Part shown: in pieces, positions 26,643 through 36,162 of the stretch
Layout: each line of letters opens with the position of its first letter
How positions within the stretch are numbered: the first letter of the stretch is position 1
Source: Dehalococcoidia bacterium
GTDB taxonomy: Bacteria; Chloroflexota; Dehalococcoidia; DSTF01; JACRBR01
Direction of reading: 5' to 3'
Length of the DNA stretch: 42,137 nt
Assembly (NCBI GenBank): GCA_041494685.1
Contig: JBGQBE010000026.1
Span: 1-42,137 of the forward strand
Notes under the pieces: generated by a model
Databases searched by the model: none
What the model saw: the letters and a program-made list of their open reading frames with translations, nothing else
What the model was told of the DNA's origin: nothing
Made by a program: the position numbers and the translations under genes

Positions 26643-27137
26643 CTACATGTGAATCGAGGTCAGCCGCTGCTTCGCCACGACCTTGCCGGTCGTCTTGTTC
26701 TTGTAGACGGACTCATTCGTCACGAAGAGCATCTTGCCCCTCGGACCGTCCCGCAGCTTCAGGTCCGCCAGGTGGGACGTCTCTTCCAGCACGTCGCCGG
26801 CGCAGAGGACGTCCAGGTACTCCGTCTCGGTGCCGCCGTCGAGCAGCCCCTTGAACGGGATGTTCAGCCGCGGGCCGCCGGCCCGGCGCGGGAAGCCGAA
26901 GGTCGGGTCGTTCGTGCCGGGCAGGTACACCGGCGTGCCCAGGTAGCCCAGCGGCGCGACGATGCTGCGAAAGCCCTGCGCCTTCGCGAAGTCCACGTCG
27001 TAGTGGACCGGGTCCTCCGAGCCGATGCCGCGCGCGTACATCCGTACGCTCGTCGTCGTCACCTCGTACGTCCACGGCTCGGACTCGACGCCGAACTGCG
27101 CACGCATCTCGTCTGTGATTTCGAATTCGTCAGCCAA
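26643..27137 (-). CDS. MaoC-N (HadA-like) hotdog subunit
   Basis: YARGIG..DPVHYD..AK..G...IVAP, LLDGGTETEY...L.AGD.L. Confidence 0.85.
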   Translation of the reverse strand: MADEFEITDEMRAQFGVESEPWTYEVTTTSVRMYARGIGSEDPVHYDVDFAKAQGFRSIVAPLGYLGTPVYLPGTNDPTFGFPRRAGGPRLNIPFKGLLDGGTETEYLDVLCAGDVLEETSHLADLKLRDGPRGKMLFVTNESVYKNKTTGKVVAKQRLTSIHM

Positions 27138-27218
27138 GTGATGCTCCTCTTCCCGTAGCGCGGCCGCCTGGCAGCGTCCGTGATTCCGATGGTAGGCGCC
27201 CGTCGCGGGCGCTCTCAG

Positions 27219-27647
27219 CTAGTTCCGGCCTGGCAGCGTCACCAGCGCCGTCCCCGGCGAGGTCTTTTTGCCGTCCGGCTTCTGCGTCCAGACGTCCAGC
27301 TCGACGAAGTTCTTGCCGCCCTCGCTGTACTTCTTGGTCACGATGCCGCGGCAGAGGATGTCCTGGTTCGGCTCATCCATCCCGCGGTACGAGCAGCCGA
27401 AACGCCGCAGCTGCCCCTGCTCGCCGATCCAGTCGTGCAGCAGTTGGCCGAGGAACGCGTTCTTCAGCGCGCCGTGGACGATCAGCCCCTTCAGGCCCGT
27501 GCTCTGCGCGAAGTCCTTGTCGTAGTGGATCTGGTAGAAGTCGCCCGAGCCGGCCGCCCACAGCACCAGCTGCTGCGTCGAGCAGTTCTTCTTGAGCTGC
27601 GGGATCTCGTCGCCGACGCTGATGTCCTCGAAGTAGACCTGTGCCAT
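27219..27647 (-). CDS. MaoC-family dehydratase, second copy
   Basis: SGDFYQIHYD and IVHG. Paralog of 26141..26578. Confidence 0.88.
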   Translation of the reverse strand: MAQVYFEDISVGDEIPQLKKNCSTQQLVLWAAGSGDFYQIHYDKDFAQSTGLKGLIVHGALKNAFLGQLLHDWIGEQGQLRRFGCSYRGMDEPNQDILCRGIVTKKYSEGGKNFVELDVWTQKPDGKKTSPGTALVTLPGRN

Positions 27648-27662
27648 GGCGTGCCTCGCGAT

Positions 27663-28160
27663 CTAGTACTGGATCATCGTGCCGTACATCCGCGCGACGA
27701 CCTTGCCGCGCTGGTTAGTGTACGTCGTCTCGCGCCTGGTGATCAGCATCGGGCCCAGGCTGCCCTCCGCCTCCTCGAAGCCGGCGATCTTGCTGCGCGC
27801 GGTGATCGTGTCGCCCGCGCAGACGGCGTCCTCGTCGGGGAAGTACTCGTAGTCGGTGCCGCCGTTCAGCACGCGCTTGTACGGCACGCTGAAGCCGCGC
27901 CCGCCCATCTCGCCGGGCGTGCCGCCGCCCATCCTTGGCCGGAAGGCCGGCGTGCCGAGGAAGCCCGGCGGCGCCACGATGCTGCGGTACCCCCGCGCCT
28001 TCGCTGCGTCCTCGTCGTAGAAGATCGGGTCGGTGTGGCCGACCGACCGCGCGTACATGCGGCAGTTCGTCTTTTCCACCTCGAGCGTCACGGGAGAACC
28101 CTCGACGCCGACGGCGGCGCGCATCTCGTCGGTGATCACGGACTTGGCGGCCTGAGTCAT
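27663..28160 (-). CDS. MaoC-N (HadA-like) hotdog subunit, second copy
   Basis: YARSVGHTDPIFYD..AAKARGY..IVAPP, VLNGGTDYEY. Paralog of 26643..27137. Confidence 0.85.
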   Translation of the reverse strand: MTQAAKSVITDEMRAAVGVEGSPVTLEVEKTNCRMYARSVGHTDPIFYDEDAAKARGYRSIVAPPGFLGTPAFRPRMGGGTPGEMGGRGFSVPYKRVLNGGTDYEYFPDEDAVCAGDTITARSKIAGFEEAEGSLGPMLITRRETTYTNQRGKVVARMYGTMIQY

Positions 28161-28241
28161 GGGGCACCTCGGAGGGGGCCAGCGCCGCGACGGGCGCGAG
28201 GCGGTGAAATCTCACGTACACGTCAGGTTTACAGCGAGACG

Positions 28242-28270
28242 AGAATACATCTGGCTATGTTGAGTGTCAA
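28242..28270 (-). promoter_or_regulatory. Sigma70-type promoter for the MaoC/SDR operon
   Basis: TTGACA-N17-TATTCT on the minus strand. Confidence 0.6.
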
Positions 28271-28313
28271 CGAACGCCGCCCGTCCGGAAGTGCCCGTGG
28301 TACGTCCGTTTTC

Positions 28314-28342
28314 TTGATTCAGCGATTGGAGCGCGCTATCCT
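28314..28342 (+). promoter_or_regulatory. Possible sigma70 promoter for hppA
   Basis: TTGATT-N17-TATCCT. Confidence 0.45.
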
Positions 28343-28433
28343 TGCCGCGCTCTGACGGGGAGGTGCCGTGGCGCCTCCTTTTGTGTGTCCAGCAGCGACG
28401 TAACTCGCTTCAGGCGGGTGGGAGGAGACGCCG

Positions 28434-30827
28434 ATGACACTGGTTTGGATGGTACCGGTCACGGGCCTGGCAGCTGTGCTGTTCGCCCTGTGGCTGGCCC
28501 AGGACGTGCTCCGGAGAGATACCGGCACCCCGGCGATGCAAGAGATCGCCGGCATGATCTTCGAGGGCGCCATGGCGTTCCTCTCGCGCCAGTACCGGAC
28601 GATCGGCATACTCGCCGTCGTTACGGCCGTCGTGGTCGCGGGCCTCGTCGGTTCGATTTCCGACGGCGTCAAGCCGATCCAATTCCAGAACGGCCAGGTG
28701 AGCTTCGCCACCGACGTCGTCATCGGCCGCTGGCAGGAAGGCCTGCTCACCGGCATCGCCTTCCTCGTCGGAGCCATGTGCTCCGGCCTCGCCGGCTACA
28801 TCGGCATGTTCATCGCCGTCCGGTCGAACGTCCGCACGGCGGCGGCCGCCCAGAAGAGCCTCAAGGACGCGGTCACGGTCTCGCTTCGCGGCGGCGCCGT
28901 ATCCGGCTTCCTCGTGGTCGCGCTGAGCCTGCTCGGCGTCTCTGGTATCTTCCTCGTCTACAGCCGCATCCTTGACCACCCACCGGAGATCGCACCGTTC
29001 CTGATCGTCGGCTTCGGCTTCGGCGCCAGCTTCGTGGCGCTCTTCGCCCAGCTTGGCGGTGGTATCTACACGAAGGCCGCCGACGTCGGCGCGGACCTCG
29101 TCGGCAAGGTCGAAGCCGGCATCCCCGAGGACGACCCGCGCAACGCCGCCGTCGTGGCCGACCTCGTCGGCGACAACGTCGGCGACTGCGCCGGCCGTGG
29201 CGCCGACCTCTTCGAGTCGATGTCCGCTGAGAACATCGGCGCGATGATCCTCGGCGTGGCGATCTTCAGCGTCACGCACAAGATCGAGTGGATCATGTTC
29301 CCGCTCGTGCTCCGCTCGTTCGGCATCATCGCCGCCATGGTCGGACTGGTTTCGGTGCCGTTCTTCACCGACGCGGCTCCCAAGAGCAAGCAGGACCCGA
29401 TGACGCCGCTGAACTACGGCTTCTACGTCGTGTCCGCGCTCTCGGTGGCCGGACTCTTCATCGCGACGAAGGTCATGCTGGGCGACGCCTGGTACTGGTT
29501 CTTCTTCTGCGGGCTTATCGGCATCGCGACCGGTATCGCGTTCGTCTACATCACGCAGTACTACACCGCCGGCTCGTGGCGTCCGGTGCAGGAGATCGCC
29601 GAGGCGTCGAAGACGGGCCCGGCCACGAACATCATCATTGGCACCGCGGTCGGCTTCGAGACCACGGCCCTCACGGCGATCACCATCGGCCTGGCGCTGA
29701 TCGGCGCCTTCGCCCTCGGCTCGCAGGCCGACATCAGCCCGGCCATCCCGCCGTTCACGACGGGCATCTTCGGCACCGCCGTCGCCACCATGGGCATGCT
29801 CATGTCGGCGGCCTACATCCTCAGCATGGACACGTTCGGCCCCATCACGGACAACGCCGGCGGCATCACCGAGATGTCCGGCGCGCCCGAGAGCGCCCGC
29901 GAGATCACCGACAAGCTCGACGCCGTCGGCAACACGACGAAGGCGCTCACCAAGGGCTACGCCGTCGCCTCTGCCGGCCTGGCGGCGTTCCTGCTCTTCT
30001 CCGCGTATCTCGACAAGGTCAAGGAGCGGCTGGAGATCCCGCTCACGGCGGAGCTTCCGATTGACCTCTCGAAGGTGGACGTGTTCGTCGGCGGTCTGCT
30101 CGGCGCCATGCTCGTCTTCCTGTTCAGCTCGCTGGCCATCCGCGCCGTCGGAAACGCCGCCGGCGCCATCATCGAAGAGGTGCGCCGCCAGTTCCGCGCC
30201 GACCCCGGCATCATGGCCGGCACGTCCCGCCCGGACTACGCCGCCGCCGTCGACATCACGGCGAAGGCCGCCCTGCGCGAAATGGTGCTCCCGGGCATCC
30301 TGGCGGTCGGCATGCCCGTCGCCGTCGGTCTGATCTTCCGCTACGCCCGCCACGAAAGCGTGGTCACGACGCTCAACGGCATCACCTATACGGCGCACGA
30401 CGCCTCCGGCTGGCTCGCCGTCAGCGGCACGCTGATCATCGGCACCATCGTCGGCATCCTCATGGCCACCGTCCTCAACAACGGCGGCGGGGCCTGGGAC
30501 AACGCCAAGAAGTTCATCGAGTCGGGCGGACTCAAGGACGAGAACGGCAACACGCTCGGCAAGGGCAGTGAGCCCCACAAGGCGGCCGTCGTCGGCGACA
30601 CCGTCGGCGACCCGTTCAAGGACACCGCGGGTCCGTCGCTCCACGTGCTGATCAAGCTGCTGGCGACGATCACGCTGGTGCTGGCGCCGCTGTTCATCAA
30701 GAGCGGCTCTGTCACCAAGACCGGCACGCCCACGACGCAGCCCGGCGCGACCATCGAGCAGCAGGCCCCCGGCCTCGCCTCGAGCCAGGTGCTCCAGGAC
30801 GCGCCGCAGCAGGTCGTCGCCCGCTAG
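28434..30827 (+). CDS. hppA: Membrane-bound H+-translocating pyrophosphatase, K+-independent type
   Basis: GGGIYTKAADVGADLVGKVE, EDDPRN, DNVGDCAG, GDTVGDPFKDT. GNTTK has Lys at the K+-dependence site. Confidence 0.95.
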   Translation: MTLVWMVPVTGLAAVLFALWLAQDVLRRDTGTPAMQEIAGMIFEGAMAFLSRQYRTIGILAVVTAVVVAGLVGSISDGVKPIQFQNGQVSFATDVVIGRWQEGLLTGIAFLVGAMCSGLAGYIGMFIAVRSNVRTAAAAQKSLKDAVTVSLRGGAVSGFLVVALSLLGVSGIFLVYSRILDHPPEIAPFLIVGFGFGASFVALFAQLGGGIYTKAADVGADLVGKVEAGIPEDDPRNAAVVADLVGDNVGDCAGRGADLFESMSAENIGAMILGVAIFSVTHKIEWIMFPLVLRSFGIIAAMVGLVSVPFFTDAAPKSKQDPMTPLNYGFYVVSALSVAGLFIATKVMLGDAWYWFFFCGLIGIATGIAFVYITQYYTAGSWRPVQEIAEASKTGPATNIIIGTAVGFETTALTAITIGLALIGAFALGSQADISPAIPPFTTGIFGTAVATMGMLMSAAYILSMDTFGPITDNAGGITEMSGAPESAREITDKLDAVGNTTKALTKGYAVASAGLAAFLLFSAYLDKVKERLEIPLTAELPIDLSKVDVFVGGLLGAMLVFLFSSLAIRAVGNAAGAIIEEVRRQFRADPGIMAGTSRPDYAAAVDITAKAALREMVLPGILAVGMPVAVGLIFRYARHESVVTTLNGITYTAHDASGWLAVSGTLIIGTIVGILMATVLNNGGGAWDNAKKFIESGGLKDENGNTLGKGSEPHKAAVVGDTVGDPFKDTAGPSLHVLIKLLATITLVLAPLFIKSGSVTKTGTPTTQPGATIEQQAPGLASSQVLQDAPQQVVAR

Positions 30828-30849
30828 CCGCCCGCAGCTTCGGAACGTT

Positions 30850-30880
30850 AGAAGGGCTCCCCGTCGGGGAGCCCTTCTCT
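30850..30880. terminator. Bidirectional terminator between hppA and the acyl-CoA synthetase
   Basis: AGAAGGGCTCCCC-GTC-GGGGAGCCCTTCT perfect hairpin between convergent genes. Confidence 0.8.
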
Positions 30881-30901
30881 CTCGCCTGATTAACGGTGCT
30901 G

Positions 30902-32836
30902 TCAGACCGTCGCGAGCGTCGCTGCCTCGCCGGCCTCGTCGTCGGCCGGTGGCGCCGCCGCCGCGACGTAGTCGGCCCAGGACTGCTCCCAATGCCGCGG
31001 GTCGAAGCTGTAGCTGTCGGCGATCTGCCCTCGGGCGATCTTCTTGAGCGGCTGCGTGCGTGGCAGCGGCAGGTCGGTCAGCATGAAGTCCGTCGTCCGC
31101 TTGAACGTCGCCACGTCCGCCTCGGCGGCGTCGATCTCCGCCTTCACGATGCGCCGCACGGCCTCCTCGGTCGCGGGCTCGCCGCCCAGCCGCGCCAGCA
31201 CTTCGTCGCGGTTCGGGTAGATGACGGCCCACGCCTGCGCCTTGCCACGTATCTTGCGCCCGATCACCGCCACGTCCTCGATGACGGCGCTGCGGGACAA
31301 CTTATCCTCGAGTTCGTCCGGGTGGACCTTCTCGCCGGAGTCCAGGACGATGACGAACTTGCTGCGGCCCGTGATCCAGACGTTGCCCTCGTCATCGATG
31401 TAGCCGACGTCGCCCGTGCGGAGCCACTCGCCCACCTTCGCGGCCTTCGTGGCCTCTTCGGCGTGCCAGTAGCCCGGCGTGATGTTCTCGCCGCGCGCCA
31501 CCAGCTCGCCTTCGCCGTGCAGGTGCACGTACAGCTCCTTCTCGGGCACGTCGATGAGTCCGATCTCGACTCCTTCGACCGCCTGGCCGACGGTGCCGAA
31601 GTGCTCCTCGTAGTAGTTCGACATGTAGAACTTGCGCGGGCTCCAGCGCTGCGCCGTCAGCCCGGGCGAGGACTCCGTCAACCCCCAGCCCTGGATGATC
31701 GGGATGCCCAGGCGGGCGAAGTTCAGCGCTACCTGCGGGTTCAGCGCCGCGCCTCCGCTAAACATGAAGCGCAAGCTGCCGCCGAGCCGCTTGTGCAACT
31801 CACGGAACACGATGCGCCCGATGTTGATGCCCGTCCTCTGCTTCGTCGCTTCGACGATGCGCAGGCCCTTCTCGAACGTTTCCAGCTTGCCCTGCGTCTC
31901 GATGCCGTGGACGATGTTCCGGTACATCACCTCGAACAGCTGCGGCACGCCCATGAACAGCGTCGGCTTCACCTCCGCCATCCGGTCGCGGATCCGGCGC
32001 AGGTCGTTCTCGAACGTGATCTCCGCGCCCACGGCCGGCGCGACCATGGCCCCCACCAGGAACGGGAAGGCGTGGTGCATCGGCAGCACCATGACGACGC
32101 GGTCGTTCGGGCTGAACGGGATCGTGTTCTTCATCGAACGCGTGTTGGCGATGAAGTTCCGGTGCGTCAGCATCACGCCCTTCATGCCGCCCGTCGTGCC
32201 CGACGTGAAGACGATGGACGCCAGGTCGTCCGGCTCGATGATGACCGCGGCTAGGCGGTCGCGGCTGGCCGCGGTCGCCCGCGCCGGCAGGTCCTCGATC
32301 ACCAGCACCTCGGCCTTCGCGTGCCGCAGCAGCCCGCCGGGCACGCTGTCGCGCGGCGTCGCGCCGCCGCCGATGACGATCGCCGTGTGCAGGTCCGGCG
32401 CCACCGGCTCCAGCTTCGAGAGCACCTTCGCGGACGCGAAGATGATCCGCGCTTCGGCGCGCTCGATCATGTCGGCGATCTCGGAGGGCTTCAGGTCGTA
32501 GTAGATGGGCACGGCGATGCCGCCGGCGGTCACGATGCCGTAATAGGCGCAGATCCAGTCGATGCCGTTCTCGGCCACCAGCGCGACCCGCGCGCCCGGC
32601 TCGAGGCCGCAGCCCAGCAGACCGGCCGCCATCTCGCGCGAGCGCTCATACACCTTGTTGAAGGACGCGCGCTGCCACTGGCCGCGCTGCTTCTGCTGGA
32701 AGGCGATCTTGTCGCCGTACTGGTGGCGGTTCTCGTTGACCATCTCCGGGATGGTGCGCGGGCCCCCTTCTTCACGGCGGCGGGTCGCCGCGGGCTCCGT
32801 GGGGCTGCCCGTGCTGAGGAATTTGCCAAGTACCAT
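30902..32836 (-). CDS. Long-chain acyl-CoA synthetase (AMP-dependent ligase)
   Basis: FTSGTTGGMKGVMLTH, QGWGLTES, WLRTGDVG, ITGRSK. Confidence 0.92.
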   Translation of the reverse strand: MVLGKFLSTGSPTEPAATRRREEGGPRTIPEMVNENRHQYGDKIAFQQKQRGQWQRASFNKVYERSREMAAGLLGCGLEPGARVALVAENGIDWICAYYGIVTAGGIAVPIYYDLKPSEIADMIERAEARIIFASAKVLSKLEPVAPDLHTAIVIGGGATPRDSVPGGLLRHAKAEVLVIEDLPARATAASRDRLAAVIIEPDDLASIVFTSGTTGGMKGVMLTHRNFIANTRSMKNTIPFSPNDRVVMVLPMHHAFPFLVGAMVAPAVGAEITFENDLRRIRDRMAEVKPTLFMGVPQLFEVMYRNIVHGIETQGKLETFEKGLRIVEATKQRTGINIGRIVFRELHKRLGGSLRFMFSGGAALNPQVALNFARLGIPIIQGWGLTESSPGLTAQRWSPRKFYMSNYYEEHFGTVGQAVEGVEIGLIDVPEKELYVHLHGEGELVARGENITPGYWHAEEATKAAKVGEWLRTGDVGYIDDEGNVWITGRSKFVIVLDSGEKVHPDELEDKLSRSAVIEDVAVIGRKIRGKAQAWAVIYPNRDEVLARLGGEPATEEAVRRIVKAEIDAAEADVATFKRTTDFMLTDLPLPRTQPLKKIARGQIADSYSFDPRHWEQSWADYVAAAAPPADDEAGEAATLATV

Positions 32837-33165
32837 GCGTGCGCGTCTCCCGGGCCTGCGCGGGCCACTCTCGTTGAGCAAGCAGACGGACCGAGACGCG
32901 CCTTCGGACCGGTGTGCGCGTCTATCCAGTATAGCGACAGCGCGGCCCGCGGCGGGACGGACGTTCTGTCAACCGGCCCGGCAGCGATGCTGTCGCCGTA
33001 TCCACCGTACCGCCGCCTCACGCGTGCCGTGAGGTACGAATGGACCATTTGCCGCGTGTGGAGAACGCCCGGCTCCGGAGCGTCCGGGCGGTGCGACGCT
33101 CGCCGTGAGGCGATGGAACGCCAGGAAGGTGTCCCTTCCTCCAACTGCCAACGTGTAGCGTCCGA

Positions 33166-34563
33166 TCAGAAGTCGCCTTCGCCGCGCAGGTTGCCGTTCG
33201 AGCGCCGCAGCTTCTCCAGCGCCTGCGCCTCGATCTGGCGGGCCCGCTCGCGCGTCACTCCCAGCTCGTTGCCGACGATGTCCAGCGTGCGCGGCCGCCC
33301 GTCCTTGATGCCGAACCGCAGCTCGATCACCGTCCGCTCGCGCGGCGTCAGCACGTCCAGCGCCGAGCGGACACGCTCGCGCAGCAGCTGCCGCGCCGCC
33401 TCCTCCTCGGGCGACGGCGCCATGACGTCCTCCAGGACGCTGCCCAGCGTGCCCTCTTCCTCCTCGCCGACCGGCGTCTCCAGCGAGACGACCGACTGGC
33501 GCAGGGCGCGCGCGGCCTCCCGGACCTTGTCCGGCGGCATCCCCATCAGCTTCGACAGCTCGGACGTCTTCGGCTCGCGGCCCAGCCGCTGGAACAGCCG
33601 CTCGCGGGCCTGCGAGTACTTCGAGATCAGCTCCGTGATGTGGATCGGCAGGCGGATCGTGCGTCCCTTGTCCGCGATCGCGCGGCCGACGGCCTGGCGG
33701 ATCCACCACGTCGCGTAGGTGCTGAAGCGGAAGCCGCGCCGGTGCTCGAACTTCTCGACGGCGCGCATCAGGCCGCCGTTGCCCTCCTGGATCAGGTCCA
33801 TCAGCGGCATGCCGCGCCCCGCGTACTTCTTCGCCACACTGACCACCAACCGCAGGTTCGCGTTCACCATGTGCTCTTCGGCGCGCTGCGCGTGCGCCCG
33901 CGCGGCGACGACGTGCGGCACCAGCGTCTTCAGGCGCGTCGCCAGGTAGCGGTCGTTCGTGCGCGTGACGCCCTCGTGGATCTTCGTCAGCGCCTCGTCC
34001 AGCGCCTTGTGCGCGGAGGCCGGGAAGATGCGCTGCGCCACGGCCAGCGTGATCAGCAGCGGCCGCACCTGCCCGCTGTTGCGCTTCGCGGCGCTGGAGA
34101 TCTGCTCCTCGAACCCCTCCTCCAGGTGGTCCTGGATCGCCTCGCGCAGCCCCTCGAACATCAGCTGGTCCGCGAAGCCGCCCCGCTGCGGGAAGCCCTT
34201 CAGCGCCCTCGACCGCCGCACGATGCCGAGGCCGTCGTGGACGTCCTGCAGCAAGCACACCGTCAGTTGCTCGATCGTCGGCGCGGTCATGTGGTGTTCC
34301 ATGAAGGCGTCGCTCAGCTCGTCGAGGATCCGCCCGTTCTCGATCTCCTTGGCGAGTGAGACCTCCTCGTCCGGCCGCAGCAGCTTGTAGCGTGCGATCT
34401 CGTTGAGGTACAGCTCTACCGAGTCGGGCGTCTCGCCCATCGGCTCCTCGGCGGCGACGGTCTCCTTCGCCGACAGGACGGGCGCCGGTATGCCCCGCTC
34501 GATCTCGCGGAGTTCATCGTCGGGTAGGACTGCGGTCTGTTCTTTCTGACGTGCCTTGGCCAT
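33166..34563 (-). CDS. RpoD-like sigma-70 factor with an inserted non-conserved region
   Basis: Region 1.2 [50 protein letters not shown]; region 4 [14 protein letters not shown]. Confidence 0.93.
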   Translation of the reverse strand: MAKARQKEQTAVLPDDELREIERGIPAPVLSAKETVAAEEPMGETPDSVELYLNEIARYKLLRPDEEVSLAKEIENGRILDELSDAFMEHHMTAPTIEQLTVCLLQDVHDGLGIVRRSRALKGFPQRGGFADQLMFEGLREAIQDHLEEGFEEQISSAAKRNSGQVRPLLITLAVAQRIFPASAHKALDEALTKIHEGVTRTNDRYLATRLKTLVPHVVAARAHAQRAEEHMVNANLRLVVSVAKKYAGRGMPLMDLIQEGNGGLMRAVEKFEHRRGFRFSTYATWWIRQAVGRAIADKGRTIRLPIHITELISKYSQARERLFQRLGREPKTSELSKLMGMPPDKVREAARALRQSVVSLETPVGEEEEGTLGSVLEDVMAPSPEEEAARQLLRERVRSALDVLTPRERTVIELRFGIKDGRPRTLDIVGNELGVTRERARQIEAQALEKLRRSNGNLRGEGDF

Positions 34564-34660
34564 TCACCACCTGGTTATCTGCATATTCGCGTGCGCATCT
34601 AAGTCGCGACCCGCGGGCTGGCTTGGTTCGCTCTTCGTACCGTGGTCGGGTGCTGAGGCC

Positions 34661-34843
34661 CTACACGACGTCGGGCAGAGGCCACTTGAGGTCGCAGCTC
34701 AGACAGCGAGCCTGGACCATCACGCCACCGCTCCAGTAGCTGGCCGTAAAGAACTTGCGGCAGCGCGGGCACTCGGATTCGCCCATGCGCACCTCTCGGA
34801 CCGGGGGTGCCGGGCGGTCGTCCTTGACGTCGGCGGCGTTCAT
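34661..34843 (-). CDS. Small Zn-ribbon-like protein
   Basis: GGAGA RBS. CPRC...CLSC. Co-oriented and upstream of the sigma gene. Confidence 0.55.
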   Translation of the reverse strand: MNAADVKDDRPAPPVREVRMGESECPRCRKFFTASYWSGGVMVQARCLSCDLKWPLPDVV

Positions 34844-35027
34844 AGCGTGTCTCCGGCCTTCATTGTACTACGTCGCCTTCCAGCCTTCTATAGCTTCAGG
34901 CACCGAATCATACACGCGTCAAATGAGAGATTGGCTGGAAATCGCGTCCCTCCTGCCGTGCGAGCCCGCCACTGCCGATACATACCTGTCGGATTGTGAC
35001 TACCGTGACCGCGTCAGAGGCACTCCC

Positions 35028-35774
35028 ATGTCCGTTCTCGAAACCAGTTCCATCGTCGACCTGCTCGTCTCCCTGTACCCGCAGGAGACCTGGGCCGAGG
35101 TGCGCGGCCTCCTGGCCTCCTGGCGCGAGCGTCTCGACGGCAAGGATAACTACAGCGGCCACCACTCCGGCGTCGCCACCGAGTACGCCATCGCCCTCGC
35201 CAACCGCCAGGACCTGCCGTACGACGCCATCGCCGCCCTCTGGGTCGCCGGGCACGTCTACGACCTCGGCAAGATCTCCGTCCCGGACCACGTCCTGGTG
35301 AAGGACGGCCCGCTCTCCACCGCCGAGACGATCATGCTCCGCAACCACGTCTCCAGCGGCTACGACCTGCTGCGCGACTGGGACGTCCTGAAAGTCAGCC
35401 CCCGCTGGCTCGCCCAGGTCGTGCTGGAAGTCGTGCTGTTCCACCACGAGCGCTGGGACGGCGCAGGCTACCCGAAAGGCCGGAGGGGCAAGGACATCCC
35501 GCTGACCGCCCGCATCATGACCATTGCCGACGCCTACGCCGCGATGATCATGGAGACCCCGTACCGCGCCGCCCGGGCCGAGGACATGGCCCTCCGCGAG
35601 ATGGAACGCAACGCGGGCGAGCAGTTCGACCCGTACTTGGTGCACTCGTTCGTCAGCCTGGTGCGCGTGGGGCAACTCACGGGGCGCGGCCGCGCTTCTC
35701 CGCCGCGGCGTAGCGGCTACTCCGCCTCGTCCCCGTCCTCGCCGTCTTCGTCCTCTTCGTCGTCATCGTCGTAG
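35028..35774 (+). CDS. HD-GYP domain protein, degenerate
   Basis: HHERWDGAGYP..G..IPL.ARI...AD and GEQFDP retained. HD dyad is replaced by YD (HVYDLGK). Confidence 0.88.
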   Translation: MSVLETSSIVDLLVSLYPQETWAEVRGLLASWRERLDGKDNYSGHHSGVATEYAIALANRQDLPYDAIAALWVAGHVYDLGKISVPDHVLVKDGPLSTAETIMLRNHVSSGYDLLRDWDVLKVSPRWLAQVVLEVVLFHHERWDGAGYPKGRRGKDIPLTARIMTIADAYAAMIMETPYRAARAEDMALREMERNAGEQFDPYLVHSFVSLVRVGQLTGRGRASPPRRSGYSASSPSSPSSSSSSSSS

Positions 35775-36055
35775 CCCGACTCGACCCACTCGCGTACGCT
35801 GACGCAGCGCCCGTCGATCTCCGGGTGCATGAGCGTGAAGTTGCCGCGCCGCAGCCGGCCCAGCATGTGCCACTCGAAGCCGATCAGCGCCTCGACCTCC
35901 TGGTCGGCCGTGATCCGGTCGAGCGCCACCGGGTACGGCGGCGGCAGGTAGCGCTTCATCGCCAGGCTGCCGATGTACTTGCCGCAGCGCCCGCACACCA
36001 GCCCCTGCCGGATCTCGGCGATGTAGTCGTTCAGCGATCGCGTCTCGCCGGTCAT
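35717..36055 (-). CDS. Hypothetical protein with CxxC and acidic tail
   Basis: CGRCGKY...HP...C. Host-like codon usage. Convergent overlap with the HD-GYP gene. Confidence 0.65.
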   Translation of the reverse strand: MTGETRSLNDYIAEIRQGLVCGRCGKYIGSLAMKRYLPPPYPVALDRITADQEVEALIGFEWHMLGRLRRGNFTLMHPEIDGRCVSVREWVESGYDDDDEEDEDGEDGDEAE

Positions 36056-36096
36056 CGGCGCATTGTAAGCAAGCGCGAAGCGCGAGCGCGAGGCGC

Positions 36097-36127
36097 AAAA
36101 GAAGAGGCGCCGATCGGGCGCCCCTTC
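36097..36127 (-). terminator. Intrinsic terminator of the sdh operon
   Basis: Minus strand GAAGGGGCGCC-CGATC-GGCGCCTCTTC followed by TTTT. Confidence 0.7.
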
Positions 36128-36162
36128 CTCCTAACAAGCAGCTAACCGCTGACCGCTGATTG

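Noticed and set aside
28410..31232. 940-aa minus-strand ORF
   Set aside because: Antisense shadow of hppA caused by high GC3.
35717..35774. Ser-rich tail on the HD-GYP protein
   Set aside because: It is the antisense reading of the Asp/Glu tail of the convergent gene.
36139..36160. GCTAACC/GCTGACC heptamer repeats
   Set aside because: About three degenerate units in a short intergenic gap; no function supportable.
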